Source: Prorocentrum cordatum (taxonomy: Eukaryota). From it: a stretch of DNA of 64,000 bases. The translations under genes were made by a program, and so were the position numbers. Shown piece after piece: positions 60,553-64,000 of this stretch; positions within the stretch are counted from its first letter, which is position 1; the number at the start of each line of letters is the position of its first letter. The notes below the pieces were generated by a model. The model did no database searches. It saw only the letters and a list, made by a program, of their open reading frames with translations, and was not told where the DNA came from. The stretch spans positions 310,001 to 374,000 of the forward strand of contig CAUYUJ010000114.1 of assembly GCA_963575745.1 (NCBI GenBank). Reading direction: 5' to 3'.

Positions 60553-62063
60553 GAGCCTTTTTTTTCCGGGGCGATGACGGCCGTCCCCGGGGGGTGGGGG
60601 GGAAGGGGGCACGTGACGTCTCGTTTTGTGGCGGCGCCTGGGAATGCTTAGGAATCGCCGAGGACGGGTCGGAGCAGCATGTAGGTAGCGATCTTCACCA
60701 CAGCACCAGAATACACCACAGTGCCCGCGTGCACCACAGCGCCTGAGTACACCACAGCGAATGTGTACACAGCAGTCGCACGCACCACATCGCTTGTGTA
60801 CACCACAGCGTCTTCGTAAACCACAGCAGCCGTGCAACACAGCACCAGTGTACACCACAGAGCCTGCGTGCACAAGCGCTTGTGTACACCACAGCGCCTA
60901 TGTGCATCACAGCAACCGCGTGCAACACAGCGCCAGTGTGCACCACAGCGCCTGCCTGCGTAAACCACAGCAGCCGTGTGCAACATAGCACCAGAATACA
61001 CCACAATGCCTGCGTGCACCACAGCGCCTGTGTATACCGCGGTGCCTGTGTGCACCACATCAACCGTGTACAACAGAACACCATTGTTGTTGTATAGGTT
61101 TAATATTGGAAGGAATCCTTATGACACAGTGGAGCGCCTGTGTAATTCACAGAAAACACATGCTTTACATTGGATTTGGAAGGGAATCCTTCTGAGAAAA
61201 AAAAAGTCTCTAGATTATGGGTCCTCCCGGGTCCTCCCGCATTATCCTAACTCCTCCCATCTGCGTCCAGGAGGGTTCCACAGAGTTGACCGTCCGCGAA
61301 ACAAGCGGACTGATTCGAATGACCATGTTTCCGGGGTGCGCACTGAGATGCGCTCGTGCGCTGTAGCGTCGACCCACACGACGGGGGGAGGAGGGGGGAG
61401 GGAAGAAACTCGCATTCTATTATCAGCGCTCCCTTTGCGTGGTGTTTAGCTTTCCGCAGCAAGTCCTGACCTACATGTTCCTTCTACCTGTCCTGTGCAC
61501 GCAGGCGCTGTGGGTTGTGTTGCACGTGGATGCTGTGGTGTACACAGGCGCTGTGGTGTGCACAAGCGCGCTGCGGTGTACGCAAGCATTGTGGTGTACA
61601 CAGGCGCTGTGTTGCACACGTCTGCTGCTGAGTACACATCCGCTGTGGTGTATCCAGGCGCGGTGGTGTACGCAAATATTGTGGTGTACATAAGAGCTGC
61701 GTTGTACACGGCTGTGTCGGTGTACACAGGCGCTGTGGTGTACACGCGCGCTGTGGTGCACGCAACCACTGCGGTGTACACAGGCGCTGCGTTGCACACG
61801 GCTGTTGCGGTGTACTCAGGCCATGTGGTGTACACGCGCGCTGTGGTACACGCAAGTGCTGTGGTGTACAGGGTGGTCGTATAGGTATACAGGCGCTGTG
61901 GTGCAGATCGCCTTCTGCATGCTGCTCCTACTCGGCCTCGGTCATCCCTAGGCATTCCCTGACGCCGCTGGCGCGGAACGTGACGTCACCTGTGTCCTGT
62001 GGGGGGGGCGCGGGGCCGGTGACGGCCGTTATCGCGGATTGGTTTTTCAAGGAAAACAGGCTC
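60553..62063. mobile_element. Foldback-like element: long inverted arms made of unique termini plus an 18-bp minisatellite, around a ~400-bp loop
   Basis: The left arm (GATGACGGCCGTC..GGAATGCTTAGG..GGAGCAGCATG..GCGATCT then CACCACAGC repeats) mirrors the right arm (GCTGTGGTG repeats then AGATCGC..CATGCTGCTCC..CCTAGGCATTCC..GACGGCCGTTATC). Confidence 0.75.
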
Positions 62064-64000
62064 GTATCGCATCGCACGCAGCTATCGGCGAGCCCCCAGG
62101 GTCACGCAGTGCGTGCAGCCGAGAAGCCTCATCTTTTTTGGCGACGCCAGCCGCGTCCCAGATCAATTCGACACACGCCTCCGTGTGTGCTGGCACTCAG
62201 GGGCAACGTTATGGGGGGATAGGCGTAGCAGGGAACGCATCGACCCCCAATCGCCCATTCATCTCCGATAGAGGCCCGATAGCCCACCCCTCCCAGGACC
62301 GTAAGATTTCGCTATTGGGGGTACTTCACCGATCTAGGGAACGTTCGTGTATCCCCTGGCGATAACGGGCGTTACCGGTGTGGGGAGAGGGGGAGGGGGG
62401 CTGGTCATGTCAAGATTTTTGCCGGCGCCGTCTGGCAATGCCCAAGAGTAACACATTCCCACACGGCGTTGGCGCGAATCGTGACGTGACCAGGGTGTGG
62501 GAGGAGAGTGGGGGTGGGGCCAGTCACGGGCGTTACAGTCGGCCCAGATTAGTAGGTCGACCTTGCCAAGTCAAGGGTACCCCTGTGTCCTCTGCCTCGC
62601 GACCCATGCCTCCTACGTTCCTGTGGCAATGTGGCCCTCGGAAGGGTCTTGTGTCCTCTCGCGTGTCCTGTCCAATCCACCCCGACTGTATCGCGAATTA
62701 TACAGAAAATATATGGCTTCTATCGGCGATGCGTCGCCGATGCCAGCTCGACGCCTCCCCCCGGAGCCGGTCCCCGCCGAGCGTGCCCGCGCACTCCGGA
62801 TCGGCGGGCCTGCGGTCGGGCCGCGCGAGGGCGGGGTGGCGCAGCACGGGTCGCAGTCGGTCCTGTTCGAAGGTCGGAAACTGGAACATATACATTACCC
62901 ATCGGTCGTTGAAAGTAGGTATTTCTGGAGTCCCACATACCAATCTACTTTAAGCGCCTTCCTACTTCAATGATCGAGGGGCTTCTTCTCTTCCTTCCCC
63001 TTCAGCGGGCGGGCGGAGACCCGATCTGCTCCCAACGCCTTCCTACGTCATGTTTCTACCCTACTTCTTCCGACCGATGGGTACCAGTGGCGGGCTGTTT
63101 TTCGATCCCAGGACTTTCTTGAGGGTCGGGGGCGACGCTGGGGTGGTGTGGTGTGTACTTTTTTCCCCGATGTCCCGGGGAAGCAGCGGAAAATGTATAC
63201 ACCAGGATCCCGTATACACCAGGATCCGCTCTCCGGTGCAAATTTCAATGCAGGGCCGGAAAATACGTCGGAGTATAGAGTTCGATTCCTTACGACGATC
63301 GGGCTGGACGCAACTTTTTCTTTCATTCGCGAGCGGTCCAGGCGCCCAAGATGGCCTCGGCGAGAAGGCGAAAATCGTTGAGTGTGGTCCTGAGTCGTGG
63401 GCCCATTTTGGTTTCCTGGGGTGGCGAGGCGAACTAGGGACCAATTCCCTTTTCGGTTCGAATTCTCGAAGACGACCCCAAGACGGCCCGGAGAAAAATC
63501 CAAGAGAGGGCCAGGAGGCCCCAAGGGGCGCCCAAGAGGCCCCAAGATGCCCCTGAAAGGCCCCCCCCCCCAGAGGCCTCCAAGAGGCCCCCCAAGAGGC
63601 CCGCAAAAGCGGCCTCCCGAGAGGCCCCCCCTCTGCCGGCCGCGCGGCCGGGAGACCTGCCGCGGGCGGCGATGACGACGAGACCCGCTGCCGCGCGTGC
63701 TCCTGCGATCCGCTGCGGGCGCTACCACTGCGGGTCCTGCCGACGTCGGGGTGTCGGACGCCCCCGCCGAGGCTTGCTCGGCTGCAGGCACCCTTCGAAG
63801 TCTGTGCCCCCGCCAGCGATTCAGAAGCCTGGCCTGCAGGGGCACGGGGGTACGGTCAGGAACTGTGGCTTAGCGTGTCGCTGCGCCGCTTCTGGCCCAC
63901 CACGCTTCGGCGCGACATGCTATCCACGTGCCCATTCCGAAGGGTCAACGTCCTGAGCTTTCCCTGGACTCCCGCCCCGCGGAGAGGAGCGACACGCTAT

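Noticed and set aside
61904..61925. CAG ATC GCC as the next SMC4 exon
   Set aside because: It lacks the expected MKPK continuation and lies in the foldback arm.

Overview
This is GC-rich, repeat-dense eukaryotic genomic DNA with dinoflagellate hallmarks: GC/GA splice donors, AG|G junctions, a relic of the dinoflagellate spliced leader, and (GGA)n tracts. A Prorocentrum-like origin is inferred. Three spliced protein genes can be reconstructed, all on the + strand. (1) The 3' part of a dinoflagellate coiled-coil protein gene (~935-8306). (2) The N-terminal head of condensin SMC4, spread over 6 small exons across ~42 kb (16706-58356). (3) A saccharopine dehydrogenase-like oxidoreductase gene (38677-41949) nested on the same strand inside an SMC4 intron. 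The nested gene has a spliced-leader relic ~50 nt upstream of its ATG, which suggests a retrogene, yet it has four introns, three with terminal inverted repeats (Introner-like). One of these introns belongs to a MITE family with two other copies in this window. The rest is a decayed tyrosine-recombinase (DIRS-like) retroelement, a LINE ORF1-like relic, a PPR pseudogene fragment, several MITE families, a foldback element, 73-bp minisatellites and microsatellites. Most ORFs in the supplied track are spurious. All identifications come from motif recognition by eye, without database searches.
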